Source: a bacterium (lineage in GTDB: Bacteria > UBA10199 > 2-02-FULL-44-16 > JAAZCA01). From it: a DNA stretch of 64,000 bases. The DNA is taken from positions 96,001-160,000 of the forward strand of contig CAXXGI010000003.1 in NCBI GenBank assembly GCA_963674695.2, in the 5' to 3' direction. The notes below the pieces were generated by a model. The model searched no databases. It saw only the letters and a program-made list of their open reading frames with translations, and was not told the origin of the DNA. Shown in pieces: positions 9,984 to 19,854 of this stretch (the stretch's first letter is position 1; each line of letters starts with the position of its first letter). The position numbers and the translations under genes were made by a program.

Positions 9984-10787
9984 TCAGGCGATCACAAACC
10001 CTGCATATCCGACCACCGCATTGTAGTCGCCCGAGACATCGCCCGAGGTGGTGTGCTCGATCAGTTCGGCCTTCGTTGCGCCCAGCTCCTTGGCCGCGAT
10101 GATCGCAATGGCGGTGGCCACGGCGCCGCACATCGAGATCTGGTGCTGGCCGCAGACGTGCAGCAGCCCGTCGGCGTCGAGCGCTTGCACGCGCTCGATG
10201 GCAAGACGATCCTTGTCCATCGTGCTGGCCTGGTCTTCATAGTGGTTCATATCGGTCGAGGCGACGATGAGGATATCGTCTTTCTTCTCCCGAATGACTT
10301 CGGCGATCGCTTTGCCGATGGCGTGGCAGGCATCCGCGCTCTTGTGTGCGAGCGCGATCGGCACGATTGAGAGCTCGGGCTGGCGGGCGAGCAGGAAGGG
10401 GAGTTCCACCTCGAGCGAGTGCTCGGCCAGATGCGCCGAGGGATCATCGATGAGGACGTTGCAGCGCGCCAGGAGTTTCTGCGCGAGCGCTTCATCGACC
10501 GGAATCGATCCGGTCGGAATCGACCAGTTGCCACTCGTCATGATGGCGGCGCGGCGTCCCATCCCCGTGTGATTGGGGCCCAGAACGATGCAGCGCTTCG
10601 GCACGATGACGTTGGCAAAGACCTTGCCCGCCACCGCGCCCGAATAGACATAGCCGGCATGCGGCGCTACCGCGGCGATCGCCCGGCGCGGGGTGACATC
10701 GACGTTCAAGAACCGCTCGACCTCACGGCGCAGCTCGCGTTCGGTCCCGGGATAAAATTGCCCTGCCACAGCCGGTTGGCGTTCCAT
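9984..10787 (-). CDS. amrB: MEMO1 family protein (AmmeMemoRadiSam system protein B)
   Basis: RQPAVAGQFYP, PHAGYVYSG, GPNHTG, EHSLEVELPFL, STDMNHY, SMCG, VVGYAG. Confidence 0.93.
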   Translation of the reverse strand: MERQPAVAGQFYPGTERELRREVERFLNVDVTPRRAIAAVAPHAGYVYSGAVAGKVFANVIVPKRCIVLGPNHTGMGRRAAIMTSGNWSIPTGSIPVDEALAQKLLARCNVLIDDPSAHLAEHSLEVELPFLLARQPELSIVPIALAHKSADACHAIGKAIAEVIREKKDDILIVASTDMNHYEDQASTMDKDRLAIERVQALDADGLLHVCGQHQISMCGAVATAIAIIAAKELGATKAELIEHTTSGDVSGDYNAVVGYAGFVIA

Positions 10788-10848
10788 TTTTTCTCCATTC
10801 GTGAAGAGAATACCGAAAGTGTATCGAGGTTGTTGTATGAAAACACGT

Positions 10849-10999
10849 GAAAAATGATATCCGGCTCGCTCCTCGAGCGGCTTCTTCGAGCGCCGCCATC
10901 GGTAGCCTCTGATTCCGCGGCGCGAAGAAGAGCAGTCGACGAGCCGGCGTTTGAGGCGAGGAGACGTAAGCGAGAGGAGTGAGCCGGATATCATTTTTC
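10849..10999 (-). ncRNA. Candidate structured RNA or miniature element (151 nt, copy 1)
   Basis: 26-bp terminal stem (10849-10874 / 10974-10999); inner motifs CTCAAACGCC and GAGGCT shared with 56014-56163. Confidence 0.4.
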
Positions 11000-11010
11000 C
11001 GCGATTTCTA

Positions 11011-11979
11011 TTACGACTCTCGATCGGGCGGGTTAAACTTCCGATGGATGCGTTCGATGGCGTGGTCTTGCTCACGCGAGAGGGCCTCGTTCGTCGTCGG
11101 ATGCCCCTTGTGGCGCTCGAGGATGAGCTCTTTGGTGAACGCGCCGGAACGGATGTCGTCGAGGATGGCCGCGAGATTGTCGCGCGTGTGCCCATCGATG
11201 ACGCGCGGGCCGCGCGTGATGGCGCCGAACCGGGCGGTATCGCTGATGTGGTCGCGCATGCCGACGATGCCCATTCCATCGAGCAGGCGAACGATGGCGC
11301 GCACCTCCCGCAGACAGCTGAAATAGGCGATGTCCGGGTTGTAGCCGCGTTCCACGAGCGTCTCGAACGAGGCCCGGATCAGTTCCGGCAGACCGCCGCA
11401 GAGGACGGCCTGCTCGGCAAAGAGGTCGGTCTCGACCTCCTCGGCGATCGAGGTGTCGATGAAGGGGCCCACCTTGCTGATCCCCTTGGCATAGGCGTGT
11501 CCGCGCGTGTGCGCCAGGCCTGTGGCATCCTGTTCGATGGCGACGATAATGGGCACGCCGCCGCCCTTGAGGTAGTCGCTGCGCACCGTCTCTCCCTGGG
11601 CGAGGGGCGCCACGAGGATCGTGTCGAGGTCCGGGCGGGGGAGGATCTGGCGGTAGTGCAGCGCGAAGCCGTGGGCGAAGACGAGCGCTGCTCCCTCAGG
11701 CAGATGTGGTTCGAGATACTGGGTGTAGAATTGGGGCTGGTCTCCATCCGGGATCATGATGGCGGCGATACGGGCCTCATTCACCGCCTCGACCGGATCG
11801 GTCAGAACGGGCAAGCCGGACTCGCGTGCGGCGTTCATCCGATCGCTCTGGGCGCGCAGAAAGATCTTCACGTTGTGACCGCTGTCGCGGAGGTTCAGCG
11901 CATGGGCTCGCCCCTGTGCCCCATATCCGAAGACGACGATCGGTTCCTGCTGGGCTTCCGTATGTGATAAATTTTTCAT
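11011..11979 (-). CDS. ilvC: Ketol-acid reductoisomerase
   Basis: GYGAQGRAHALNLRDSG, FAHGF, ETDLFAEQAVLCGG, ISDTARFG. Confidence 0.96.
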   Translation of the reverse strand: MKNLSHTEAQQEPIVVFGYGAQGRAHALNLRDSGHNVKIFLRAQSDRMNAARESGLPVLTDPVEAVNEARIAAIMIPDGDQPQFYTQYLEPHLPEGAALVFAHGFALHYRQILPRPDLDTILVAPLAQGETVRSDYLKGGGVPIIVAIEQDATGLAHTRGHAYAKGISKVGPFIDTSIAEEVETDLFAEQAVLCGGLPELIRASFETLVERGYNPDIAYFSCLREVRAIVRLLDGMGIVGMRDHISDTARFGAITRGPRVIDGHTRDNLAAILDDIRSGAFTKELILERHKGHPTTNEALSREQDHAIERIHRKFNPPDRES

Positions 11980-12104
11980 AATTCTGAATCCCTATCATTG
12001 GAGCGCTTTAGGATCAAGGGCTTATCCAGATGTCTTGCTGCATGACAGGAGGTTATCGTCGCACCATGAGAATCTACTTGAAGAAAAACACTCAACGCAA
12101 TTGC

Positions 12105-12134
12105 TTGACAGTCGGGAACCCTTCGGTATAGGTT
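12105..12134 (+). promoter_or_regulatory. Putative sigma70 promoter of panD
   Basis: TTGACA at 12105 followed 16-18 nt later by TATAGG/TAGGTT. Confidence 0.45.
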
Positions 12135-12143
12135 CCCGCGCCC

Positions 12144-12536
12144 ATGCGACGCAAGATACTGAAATCAAAGATTCATCGGGCGGTCGTGACCGATGCCGAT
12201 CTCAACTATGAGGGGTCGATCACCATCGACCGAAACCTCATGGATGCGGCCGATCTCGTTGAATATGAAGCGGTTTATGTCTGGGATGTTACCAACGGTC
12301 AGCGGTTGATGACCTATGCCATCGAGGGGCCGCGCGGTTCGGGCACGGTAGCGATGAACGGCGCCGCGGCGCACCTGATCCGAGCAGGTGATGTCGTCAT
12401 CATCGGGAGCTATGCCGATTATGACGAAGCGGAACTCGTCGATCACCGCGTCCGCAAGGTCTTCGTCGACGAGAAGAACAACATCCGCCAGTCAGGCGAG
12501 AAAAGCCAGTCAGGCCAGTCAAGCCAGTCAGGTTGA
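12144..12536 (+). CDS. panD: Aspartate 1-decarboxylase
   Basis: [19 protein letters not shown] (G-S autocleavage site), [15 protein letters not shown]; the last ~15 aa come from the repeat element. Confidence 0.96.
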   Translation: MRRKILKSKIHRAVVTDADLNYEGSITIDRNLMDAADLVEYEAVYVWDVTNGQRLMTYAIEGPRGSGTVAMNGAAAHLIRAGDVVIIGSYADYDEAELVDHRVRKVFVDEKNNIRQSGEKSQSGQSSQSG

Positions 12537-12693
12537 CAGCCAACGAGAATCGTAGCCTGACTAGCCTGACTAGCCTGACTAGCCTGACTAGCCTGACTAG
12601 CCTGACTAGCCTGACTAGCCTGACTAGCCTGACTAGCCTGACTAGCCTGACTAGCCTGACTAGCCTGACTAGCCTGACTAGCCTGACTGGCGG
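12485..12693. repeat. Inverted 9-mer repeat element with 15 tandem copies of TAGCCTGAC (12553-12687)
   Basis: Left arm (GCCAGTCAR)n, right arm (TAGCCTGAC)15, 13-bp terminal IR; related copy at 28287-28546. Confidence 0.92.
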
Positions 12694-12699
12694 CCTTTT

Positions 12700-13299
12700 A
12701 TGGAAATCCTCATCTACGACATCCCCGAAGAGGGGCTCGATATCAGCGCCAGCCAGGCCGATGCCTGGTTTGTCGACATCGTGCGTGAGGTCTTCGGCGA
12801 ATCCTATGAAAAAGGGGATTCCGCCCGTCTGGCCCTCCACATCGACCGGTATGAGGAGAACATCAATATCGGGGGAACCGTCGAGATGGGCCTGCATCAC
12901 ACCTGTGATCGTTGCCTGGAGGGCTTTTCGGAGTCGTGCACCATGCCGATCCACGCCGTTTTGGCTCCGCTCTATGAGAATATGCGCCAGCGCGACCGTG
13001 AATCCGGGCTGGAGGTCGAGCTCGTACGCGAGGACCTGGAATTTACCTTTTATGAAGGGGATCGCTTCGATCTGGACGAGATCCTCCAGGAGCAGATGCT
13101 GTTGGCAAAGCCCATGAAATACCTCTGTCGCCAGGACTGCAAAGGTCTGTGTCAGCGCTGCGGGGCCGACCTCAACAAGGTGGGGGGCTGCACCTGCCGG
13201 GAGGAAACGGTCGATCCCCGGTGGGAGGCGCTCAAGGGCGTGCAGATCGAAGCGCCGGCCGGTGGGCCATCCTCCGATAAAAAACGCAGAAGAGATTGA
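12700..13299 (+). CDS. yceD: YceD/DUF177 family protein
   Basis: CDRCLE, LCRQDCKGLCQRCGADLN, DPRWEALK; immediately upstream of rpmF. Confidence 0.92.
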   Translation: MEILIYDIPEEGLDISASQADAWFVDIVREVFGESYEKGDSARLALHIDRYEENINIGGTVEMGLHHTCDRCLEGFSESCTMPIHAVLAPLYENMRQRDRESGLEVELVREDLEFTFYEGDRFDLDEILQEQMLLAKPMKYLCRQDCKGLCQRCGADLNKVGGCTCREETVDPRWEALKGVQIEAPAGGPSSDKKRRRD

Positions 13300-13351
13300 C
13301 ATCGAAGGCCTTTTTCCGCTAGGACAGAGCGCCTTTTGAAAGGAGTTCACC

Positions 13352-13537
13352 GTGGCCGTTCCCAAGAGAAGACATTCCAAGGGGCGTCGTGATCAGCGAC
13401 GCGCCGCCAATTCGAAGCTCGCCACACCGAGCCTCTCCACCTGTCCGCAGTGCAAGCGGCCGAAGATGCCGCACCGGGTCTGTATCCAGTGCGGGTTCTA
13501 TAAGGGTCGTGAAGTGATCAAGCAGGTCTCAGCGTAG
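13352..13537 (+). CDS. rpmF: 50S ribosomal protein L32
   Basis: [10 protein letters not shown]..., CPQC...[13 protein letters not shown]; AGGAG RBS before GTG start. Confidence 0.97.
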   Translation: MAVPKRRHSKGRRDQRRAANSKLATPSLSTCPQCKRPKMPHRVCIQCGFYKGREVIKQVSA

Positions 13538-13551
13538 GTGGAGAACCAACG

Positions 13552-13797
13552 GTGATTGCTGACGAAAAAGAAAACCGCGTGCGTGAAATCATCGGCGAGC
13601 AGTTGGGCGTTTCCGTCGATGAGGTCGCGCTCGACTCCTCTTTTTCCGGTGAGCTCGGCGCGGATACCCTCGATCGCATCGAGCTGGTTCTGGCATTGGA
13701 GGAGGAGTTCGATCTCGAAATAACCGAAGAGGATGCTGACCACCTCAAGAACGTCCAGGACGCCGTCGACCTCGTGGCGCGCCGGACCTCCGCGTAA
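13552..13797 (+). CDS. acpP: Acyl carrier protein homologue with Ser-to-Thr at the phosphopantetheine site
   Basis: VREIIGEQLGV...LGADTLDRIELVLALEEEFDLEI; canonical motif is GADSLD. Confidence 0.85.
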   Translation: MIADEKENRVREIIGEQLGVSVDEVALDSSFSGELGADTLDRIELVLALEEEFDLEITEEDADHLKNVQDAVDLVARRTSA

Positions 13798-13806
13798 GGA
13801 TCGATC

Positions 13807-14238
13807 ATGCGCATCGCGCTCGCTTCCGATCACGCCGGCTTTTCTCTCAAGACATTCCTGACTCACTATCTGCAATCGGCTGGGCATGAGGTGCGCGATT
13901 TTGGTGCGCCTGCTGGAGATCGGTTCGATTATCCGGACTTTGCGCATCCTGCGGCGCGCGCGATCGCCGCGGGCGAGTGTGATCGCGGCATCTTCATCTG
14001 TGGCAGTGGCATCGGCATGTGTATGGTGGCCAATCGCACGCCGGGCGTGCGCGCCGTGGTGATGCACGATGCCTTCGACGCTGAGATGAGTCGGCGCCAC
14101 AACAACGCCAACGTCGCCTGCTTCGGCGCGCGCGCGATGGAAGAAACGGAAATGCTCCGCCTCATCGACCTGTTTCTGGTCACCCCCTTCGAAGGCGGTC
14201 GGCATGAGGAGCGCGTGGCAAAAATCGACAAGCCGTGA
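13807..14238 (+). CDS. rpiB: Ribose-5-phosphate isomerase B
   Basis: ASDHAGF, DYPD, CGSGIG, RRHNNANV, FEGGRHEERV. Confidence 0.96.
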   Translation: MRIALASDHAGFSLKTFLTHYLQSAGHEVRDFGAPAGDRFDYPDFAHPAARAIAAGECDRGIFICGSGIGMCMVANRTPGVRAVVMHDAFDAEMSRRHNNANVACFGARAMEETEMLRLIDLFLVTPFEGGRHEERVAKIDKP

Positions 14239-14272
14239 CTCGTGAAGCATAAACTGCAAAACCGGAGGTTAT

Positions 14273-14393
14273 CAGATTGCTGACAAAGTCTTTTCGCGCT
14301 GTCATTCCCGCGAAAGCGGGAATCTCGATCATCAGGACACATCGAGATCCCCGCTTTCGCGGGGATGACAACGGCTGGGTTTGTCAGCATCCT
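14273..14393. mobile_element. MITE-like element (imperfect TIR AGATTGCTGACAAA) carrying a REP doublet, flanked by a 16-bp direct repeat
   Basis: TIRs 14274-14287 / 14380-14393; REP 14300-14370; CAAAACCGGAGGTTAT at 14257-14272 and 14394-14409. Confidence 0.75.
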
Positions 14394-14409
14394 CAAAACC
14401 GGAGGTTAT

Positions 14410-15651
14410 ATGATTTTGGAAGAACTCAAGACATTCGATCCTGAAATTGCCGCTTCTCTTCGAGACGAGATCGAGCGCCAGGAGGAGGGGCTCGAGCTCA
14501 TCGCTTCGGAGAACTTCGTCTCCCGCCGCGTCATGAACGCGATGGGGAGCGTGATGACGAACAAGTATGCCGAGGGGTATCCGGGAAAGCGCTACTACGG
14601 CGGCTGCGAATTCGTCGATGTGGCCGAGGACCTCGCGCGCGAGCGGGCGAAAAAACTCTTCGGCTGCGATCACGCCAACGTCCAGCCGCATTCCGGCAGT
14701 TCCGCAAACCTGGGTGTCTACTTCGCCGCCATCAAGCCCGGCGACACGATCATGGGGATGAACCTCTCGCAGGGCGGGCATCTCACGCATGGTTCCCCCG
14801 TCTCCATCTCGGGTTCCTATTTCAACGTCGTGCATTACGGCGTCGATGTCGAGACGGAGCTGATCGATTTCGATGAGGTGCGTCGTCTCGCGTGCGAACA
14901 CAAGCCGAAGCTCATCGTCTGCGGTGCGTCGGCCTACGCCCGCGACATCGACTTCAAGAAATTCCGCGAGATCGCCGACGAGGTGGGAGCGCTTGTCATG
15001 GCGGACATCGCGCATCCGGCGGGTCTGGTCGCCACGGGTCTGCACACCTCTCCCGTTCCGCACTGCCAGTTCGTCACGACCACCACGCACAAGACGTTGC
15101 GTGGGCCGCGCGGCGGGATGATCATGTGCGAGGAGCAGTATGCCAAGGCGATCGACAAGGCGATCTTTCCCGGCCTGCAGGGCGGTCCGCTCATGCACGT
15201 CATCGCGGCCAAGGCGGTTGCCTTCCTCGAGGACTTGCAGCCCGAGTACAAGGCGTACTGCCAGCAGGTCATCACGAACGCGCGGGCGCTGGCCGCGGCG
15301 CTGGCCGATCGGAAGCTGCGCATCGTCACCGGTGGCACCGACACGCATCTCTTCCTCGTCGACCTGACCGAGACGGGGCTCACCGGCAAGCAGGCCGAGG
15401 CCGCCCTCGGGGTCGCCGGCATTACGGTCAACAAGAACACCATTCCGCGCGAGACGCGCTCGCCCTTTGTCACCACCGGCATTCGCCTCGGGACGCCGGC
15501 GCTCACCACCCGTGGCATGACGGCAAACGAGATGGCCATCGTCGGCAACTGGATCGCCGATGTGCTCGGCGACATCGAAAACGAACAGAAGCAGATCGCC
15601 ATCAAAGCCGAGATCAAAAAACTCTGTGAAGGCTTTCCGTTGTACAGATAA
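14410..15651 (+). CDS. glyA: Serine hydroxymethyltransferase
   Basis: [44 protein letters not shown]. Confidence 0.98.
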   Translation: MILEELKTFDPEIAASLRDEIERQEEGLELIASENFVSRRVMNAMGSVMTNKYAEGYPGKRYYGGCEFVDVAEDLARERAKKLFGCDHANVQPHSGSSANLGVYFAAIKPGDTIMGMNLSQGGHLTHGSPVSISGSYFNVVHYGVDVETELIDFDEVRRLACEHKPKLIVCGASAYARDIDFKKFREIADEVGALVMADIAHPAGLVATGLHTSPVPHCQFVTTTTHKTLRGPRGGMIMCEEQYAKAIDKAIFPGLQGGPLMHVIAAKAVAFLEDLQPEYKAYCQQVITNARALAAALADRKLRIVTGGTDTHLFLVDLTETGLTGKQAEAALGVAGITVNKNTIPRETRSPFVTTGIRLGTPALTTRGMTANEMAIVGNWIADVLGDIENEQKQIAIKAEIKKLCEGFPLYR

Positions 15652-15654
15652 GGC

Positions 15655-15747
15655 GTTCGATAGTCCGTCAGTTCGATAGTTCGATAGTCCAATCATAATC
15701 CAAGGGCCACGAACCGTCGAACCGTCGAACCATCGAATCATCGAACT
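15655..15747. repeat. Short (8-mer) tandem repeats in inverted arrangement (GTTCGATA / TCGAACCR)
   Basis: GTTCGATAG copies followed by CGAACCGT/CGAACCAT copies. Confidence 0.7.
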
Positions 15748-16209
15748 ATGAAATGTCCCTTCTGCCCACAGGTTGAGAGCAAGGTGATCGATTCGCGCGT
15801 CTCCAAGGATGGCGCGATCATTCGCCGTCGTCGCGAGTGCGAGGGGTGCGCGAAGCGTTTCACGACGTACGAACGCGTCGAGGAACCGTTGCCGGCGGTG
15901 GTCAAAAAGGATGGGCGGCGCGAGACCTTCGACCGCATGAAGATCGTCGGCGGCATTCGCAAGGCATGCGAGAAGAGGCCCGTCTCCACGGCCACGATCG
16001 AGGAGGTCGTCGACCGGATCGAGCGCTGGGCGCAGGAACTCAGCGAGGCCGAGATCGCCAGCGCCGCCATCGGTGAACGCGTCATGGCGGAACTCCACGG
16101 GCTCGATGAAGTGGCCTATGTGCGTTTCGCCTCGGTCTACCGCTCCTTCAAGGATATCAACGAATTCATGTCGGAGCTCTCGGACTTACTCAAAAAAGAC
16201 AGCGGATAA
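15748..16209 (+). CDS. nrdR: Transcriptional repressor NrdR
   Basis: MKCPFC, IRRRREC..C..RFTTYE, ATP cone, [10 protein letters not shown]. Confidence 0.97.
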   Translation: MKCPFCPQVESKVIDSRVSKDGAIIRRRRECEGCAKRFTTYERVEEPLPAVVKKDGRRETFDRMKIVGGIRKACEKRPVSTATIEEVVDRIERWAQELSEAEIASAAIGERVMAELHGLDEVAYVRFASVYRSFKDINEFMSELSDLLKKDSG

Positions 16210-16322
16210 TAGCGTAGAGCGTGGAGCGTTTAGCGTAGAGAACATCAACGATCTGCTTTTCTATCCGCTAAACGCTCCACGCTAAACGCTCGTGAACGCT
16301 CCACGCTATCCGCTATTCGCTA
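16210..16322. repeat. Heptamer tandem repeats in inverted arrangement (AGCGTRG / CYACGCT)
   Basis: TAGCGTAGAGCGTGGAGCGTTTAGCG ... CGCTAAACGCTCCACGCTA. Confidence 0.75.
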
Positions 16323-16331
16323 TTCCAGGTT

Positions 16332-17426
16332 ATGAAAAAGCAGGAATCCTACATGCGGTGGGCGATCGCGTTGGCGCTCGAGGGCCAGGGATTGACGTCG
16401 CCCAACCCGATGGTCGGTGCGCTCATCGTCAAGAATGATCGCATCGTCGGCGAGGGGTACCACCGCAAAGCGGGAGGACCGCATGCGGAGATCGTGGCGC
16501 TTCACCAGACGGGCGGTCGAGCGCGCGCGGCCGATCTCTATGTGACGCTCGAGCCCTGTGCCCATAAAGGGCGTACGCCACCGTGCGTCGACGCGATTAT
16601 CGCCGCCGGCGTTCGGCGCGTCATCATCGGCACGCGGGACCCGAATCCGATGGTGAACGGCCGAGGTATCCGTCGACTTCGTCGTGCTGGTATCGCGGTT
16701 ACCGTCGGTGTGCTCGAACAGAATTGCCGCTCGATCAACGAGGCCTATAACGCGTTCATCGTTACGGGCAAACCCTTCGTCACCGTCAAGGCGGCGCTCT
16801 CGCTCGATGGAAAGATTGCTGCGGCATCGGGCGATTCCCGTTGGATTACGAATGCCGAATGCCGTCAGTATGTGCATCGCCTGCGCGGACAGGTCGATGC
16901 GGTTCTCGTGGGCGGGGGAACCGTTCGGGCCGATGACCCGCGGTTGACCGTTCGGCTCAAGGGATGGATCGGGCATGAGCCGCGTGCGATCATCGTCGAT
17001 GAAGCCCTCGATCTTTCCCGGAAGGCACGTATCTGGAAGCGCGCGCGTGGACAGGTGATCGTTGCCACGACGATGGCTGCGTCGATTTCGCGGCGGCGCT
17101 GGATCGAACGGCAAGGGCATGCCGTGCTCATCTGCCGGGCCACAGCCGATGGGCGCGTGATGCTCTCGGACCTCATGCGGCGTCTCGGTCGAGAGGGGAT
17201 TTCATCGGTGCTCGTCGAGGGCGGAGGCGAGATCTTCGCCGGATTTTTTCGGAGCAAACTGGTCGGACGTCTGGTTGCATGCATGGCCCCGAAGCTGATC
17301 GGCGGAAAGGGTCTGGATTTTCTGCCGGGAATCTCGCATGCGACGATGCAAAAGGTGCCGTCACTGTCCGACGTGACGATGAAGACCTTCGGTGATAATA
17401 TCGTCGTCGAAGGAAGACTGCGTTGA
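16332..17426 (+). CDS. ribD: Bifunctional diaminohydroxyphosphoribosylaminopyrimidine deaminase/reductase
   Basis: PNPMVGA, HAE, VTLEPCAHKGRTPPC, SLDGKIA, VLVEGGG. Confidence 0.96.
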   Translation: MKKQESYMRWAIALALEGQGLTSPNPMVGALIVKNDRIVGEGYHRKAGGPHAEIVALHQTGGRARAADLYVTLEPCAHKGRTPPCVDAIIAAGVRRVIIGTRDPNPMVNGRGIRRLRRAGIAVTVGVLEQNCRSINEAYNAFIVTGKPFVTVKAALSLDGKIAAASGDSRWITNAECRQYVHRLRGQVDAVLVGGGTVRADDPRLTVRLKGWIGHEPRAIIVDEALDLSRKARIWKRARGQVIVATTMAASISRRRWIERQGHAVLICRATADGRVMLSDLMRRLGREGISSVLVEGGGEIFAGFFRSKLVGRLVACMAPKLIGGKGLDFLPGISHATMQKVPSLSDVTMKTFGDNIVVEGRLR

Positions 17427-17466
17427 TGACGAACCACGAATAACGAATGATGAATCACGAGGTTCT

Positions 17467-18117
17467 ATGTTTACCGGTATCATCGAAGGCGTGGGGGTTG
17501 TCCGCGCGATCAAAAAGAAGGGGGATGGTGCTGAGATCGAGATCGGATGCGATTTCGACCTCGAGCAGACCAACGTGGGCGACTCGATCTCGGTCAACGG
17601 TATCTGCCTCACCGTCACCTCGCGTTTGGGCAAGAGCTTCTGGGCGGATGCCTCGGTCGAGACGCTCATGACGACGAGTTTTTCCGATCTGAAGGTGAAC
17701 GATCCGGTCAACCTCGAGCGGGCGCTCATGGTCGGCAGCCGATTGGGCGGGCATATCGTCCAGGGGCATGTCGACGCCATTGGGCAAGTAGTTGATATTA
17801 AAAAACATTCCGATTCAACTGCCTTTACGATCGAATTTCCACGCAACCTTTCCCGCTATATTGTCGAAAAGGGTTCGGTCGCCATCGATGGGGTGAGCCT
17901 GACGGTCAATCACTGTGAAAAGGATCGGTTTTCCGTCATGGTCATCCCGCACACCCAGCTCAAATCCACGTTTCATGCGATGAAGCGGGGGACGCGGGTG
18001 AACTTGGAGGTTGACATCATCGGGAAATATGTTGAAAAGCTTACGTTTTTAGACAGCGCCCAGTATGAGAAGGATTCGAAAATCACGAAGGAGTTTTTGA
18101 AAAAACACGGATTTTAA
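17467..18117 (+). CDS. ribE: Riboflavin synthase (alpha chain)
   Basis: N-terminal MFTGIIE, NGICLTV, GGHIVQGHVD, KGSVAIDGVSLTVN. Confidence 0.96.
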   Translation: MFTGIIEGVGVVRAIKKKGDGAEIEIGCDFDLEQTNVGDSISVNGICLTVTSRLGKSFWADASVETLMTTSFSDLKVNDPVNLERALMVGSRLGGHIVQGHVDAIGQVVDIKKHSDSTAFTIEFPRNLSRYIVEKGSVAIDGVSLTVNHCEKDRFSVMVIPHTQLKSTFHAMKRGTRVNLEVDIIGKYVEKLTFLDSAQYEKDSKITKEFLKKHGF

Positions 18118-18129
18118 CGAGTCACGAGT

Positions 18130-19368
18130 ATGCCTATGACTGAAATGAACGACAGCTCTTGTCAGGCGACCGCCTCCGTGGAACGCGCGATCGAAGAGAT
18201 CCGTGCGGGACGCATGGTCATTCTCGTCGATGATGAAGACCGCGAGAACGAGGGCGATCTCGCCTGCGCGGCCTGCCATATCACGCCGGAGATGGTCAAC
18301 TTCATGGCGCGTTTCGGGCGTGGGCTCATCTGTCTGACGCTGACCGAAGAGCGCGCCGATGCGCTCGACCTTCCGCTGATGGTCCACGACAATACCTCGG
18401 CCTTTCATACGGGCTTTACCGTTTCGATCGATGCAAAAGAGGGGATCACCACCGGCATCTCGGCGGCCGATCGCGCGCTCACCATCCAGAAGGCGATCGA
18501 TCCGAAGGTCACCGCGCAGGATCTGGCGCGCCCGGGGCACATCTTTCCGCTGCGGGCGAAGTCCGGCGGCGTGCTCGTGCGCACGGGTCAGACCGAGGGT
18601 TCCGTCGACCTGGCGCGGCTGGCGGGCGTTGATCCCTCCGGCGTCATCTGCGAGATCATGAATGAGGATGGGAGCATGTCGCGCATGCCGGAGCTGAAAC
18701 AGTTTGCGCGCGAGCATAACCTGCACATCGTCAGCATCGCCGATATCGTTCGCTATCGCATGCAGCATGAGCGCTTGGTGGAGTGTGGCTCCGAGGCCGC
18801 GCTTCCCCTCGAGCAGGGCGATGATTTTCGCGTCTTGACCTTCCACACGCAGGTCGATCCACATTCGCACGTGGCGCTGGTCAAGGGGGACGTCACCGAT
18901 GGCGAGCCGATCCTGGTGCGCGTGCACTCCGAGTGCCTCACGGGCGATGTCTTCGGGTCGAAGCGGTGTGACTGTGGCCTGCAATTGCAGCGCGCGCTCG
19001 ACATGATCGAGCAGGCTGGCCGCGGCGTGCTCCTCTACATTCGGCAGGAGGGACGCGGCATCGGTCTGCACAACAAGATCCGGGCCTATGCCCTGCAGGA
19101 CGAAGGACTCGACACCGTCGAAGCGAACGTGAAGCTGGGATTCAAGCCGGACCTGCGCGACTATGGCATTGGCGCGCAAATCCTCGTGGAGCTCGGATTG
19201 AAGCGCATTCGCCTCCTCACGAACAACCCGTGTAAGGTCGTGGGTCTGTCCGGGTATGGCCTCGAGATGGTCGAGCGCGTGCCCATCGAAATCGATCCGG
19301 GCCGTCACAACGAATTCTACTTGCGCACCAAGCGCCTCAAGATGGGACACCTGTTGGAAAAAGTGTAA
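18130..19368 (+). CDS. ribBA: Bifunctional DHBP synthase / GTP cyclohydrolase II
   Basis: [45 protein letters not shown]. Confidence 0.97.
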   Translation: MPMTEMNDSSCQATASVERAIEEIRAGRMVILVDDEDRENEGDLACAACHITPEMVNFMARFGRGLICLTLTEERADALDLPLMVHDNTSAFHTGFTVSIDAKEGITTGISAADRALTIQKAIDPKVTAQDLARPGHIFPLRAKSGGVLVRTGQTEGSVDLARLAGVDPSGVICEIMNEDGSMSRMPELKQFAREHNLHIVSIADIVRYRMQHERLVECGSEAALPLEQGDDFRVLTFHTQVDPHSHVALVKGDVTDGEPILVRVHSECLTGDVFGSKRCDCGLQLQRALDMIEQAGRGVLLYIRQEGRGIGLHNKIRAYALQDEGLDTVEANVKLGFKPDLRDYGIGAQILVELGLKRIRLLTNNPCKVVGLSGYGLEMVERVPIEIDPGRHNEFYLRTKRLKMGHLLEKV

Positions 19369-19381
19369 AGGAGAGGTGAGT

Positions 19382-19849
19382 ATGCCGAAATTTATCGAGG
19401 GAACGCTGACGGCGAAGGGGCTTCGTCTTGCGATCGTGGCGAGCCGCTTCAACGATTTTATCACCGGCCGTCTCCTGGAAGGGGCGCTCGACACGATTGG
19501 CCGCAGTGGCGGCGATGCTGAAGGCACGGTCGTGGTCAAGGTGCCGGGTGCATTCGAGATTGCCCTTGCGGCCAAGCGCCTTGCAGCGAGCGGTACCTAC
19601 GATGCGGTCGTCTGCTTGGGCGCGGTCATTCGTGGGGCCACCCCGCACTACGAACACGTGGCTACACAGATGGCGCGCGGGGTCGCCAGCGCATCGCTCG
19701 AGACCGGCGTTCCGGTTACCTTCGGCGTGATCACGGCCGACGATCTGGAGCAGGCGATTGAGCGCGCTGGATCCAAACAGGGGAACAAGGGCACCGAGGC
19801 GACGCTCGCTGCCATCGAAATGGCCAACGTCCTCAAGAAAGTGTCGTAA
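19382..19849 (+). CDS. ribH: 6,7-dimethyl-8-ribityllumazine synthase
   Basis: [29 protein letters not shown]. Confidence 0.97.
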   Translation: MPKFIEGTLTAKGLRLAIVASRFNDFITGRLLEGALDTIGRSGGDAEGTVVVKVPGAFEIALAAKRLAASGTYDAVVCLGAVIRGATPHYEHVATQMARGVASASLETGVPVTFGVITADDLEQAIERAGSKQGNKGTEATLAAIEMANVLKKVS

Positions 19850-19854
19850 TACCC

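Noticed and set aside
12400-13380. ORFs with (VRL)n or (LTS)n peptide repeats (12400-13380 minus, 12533-13117 plus)
   Set aside because: Translations of the 9-mer DNA array overlapping the real panD and yceD genes
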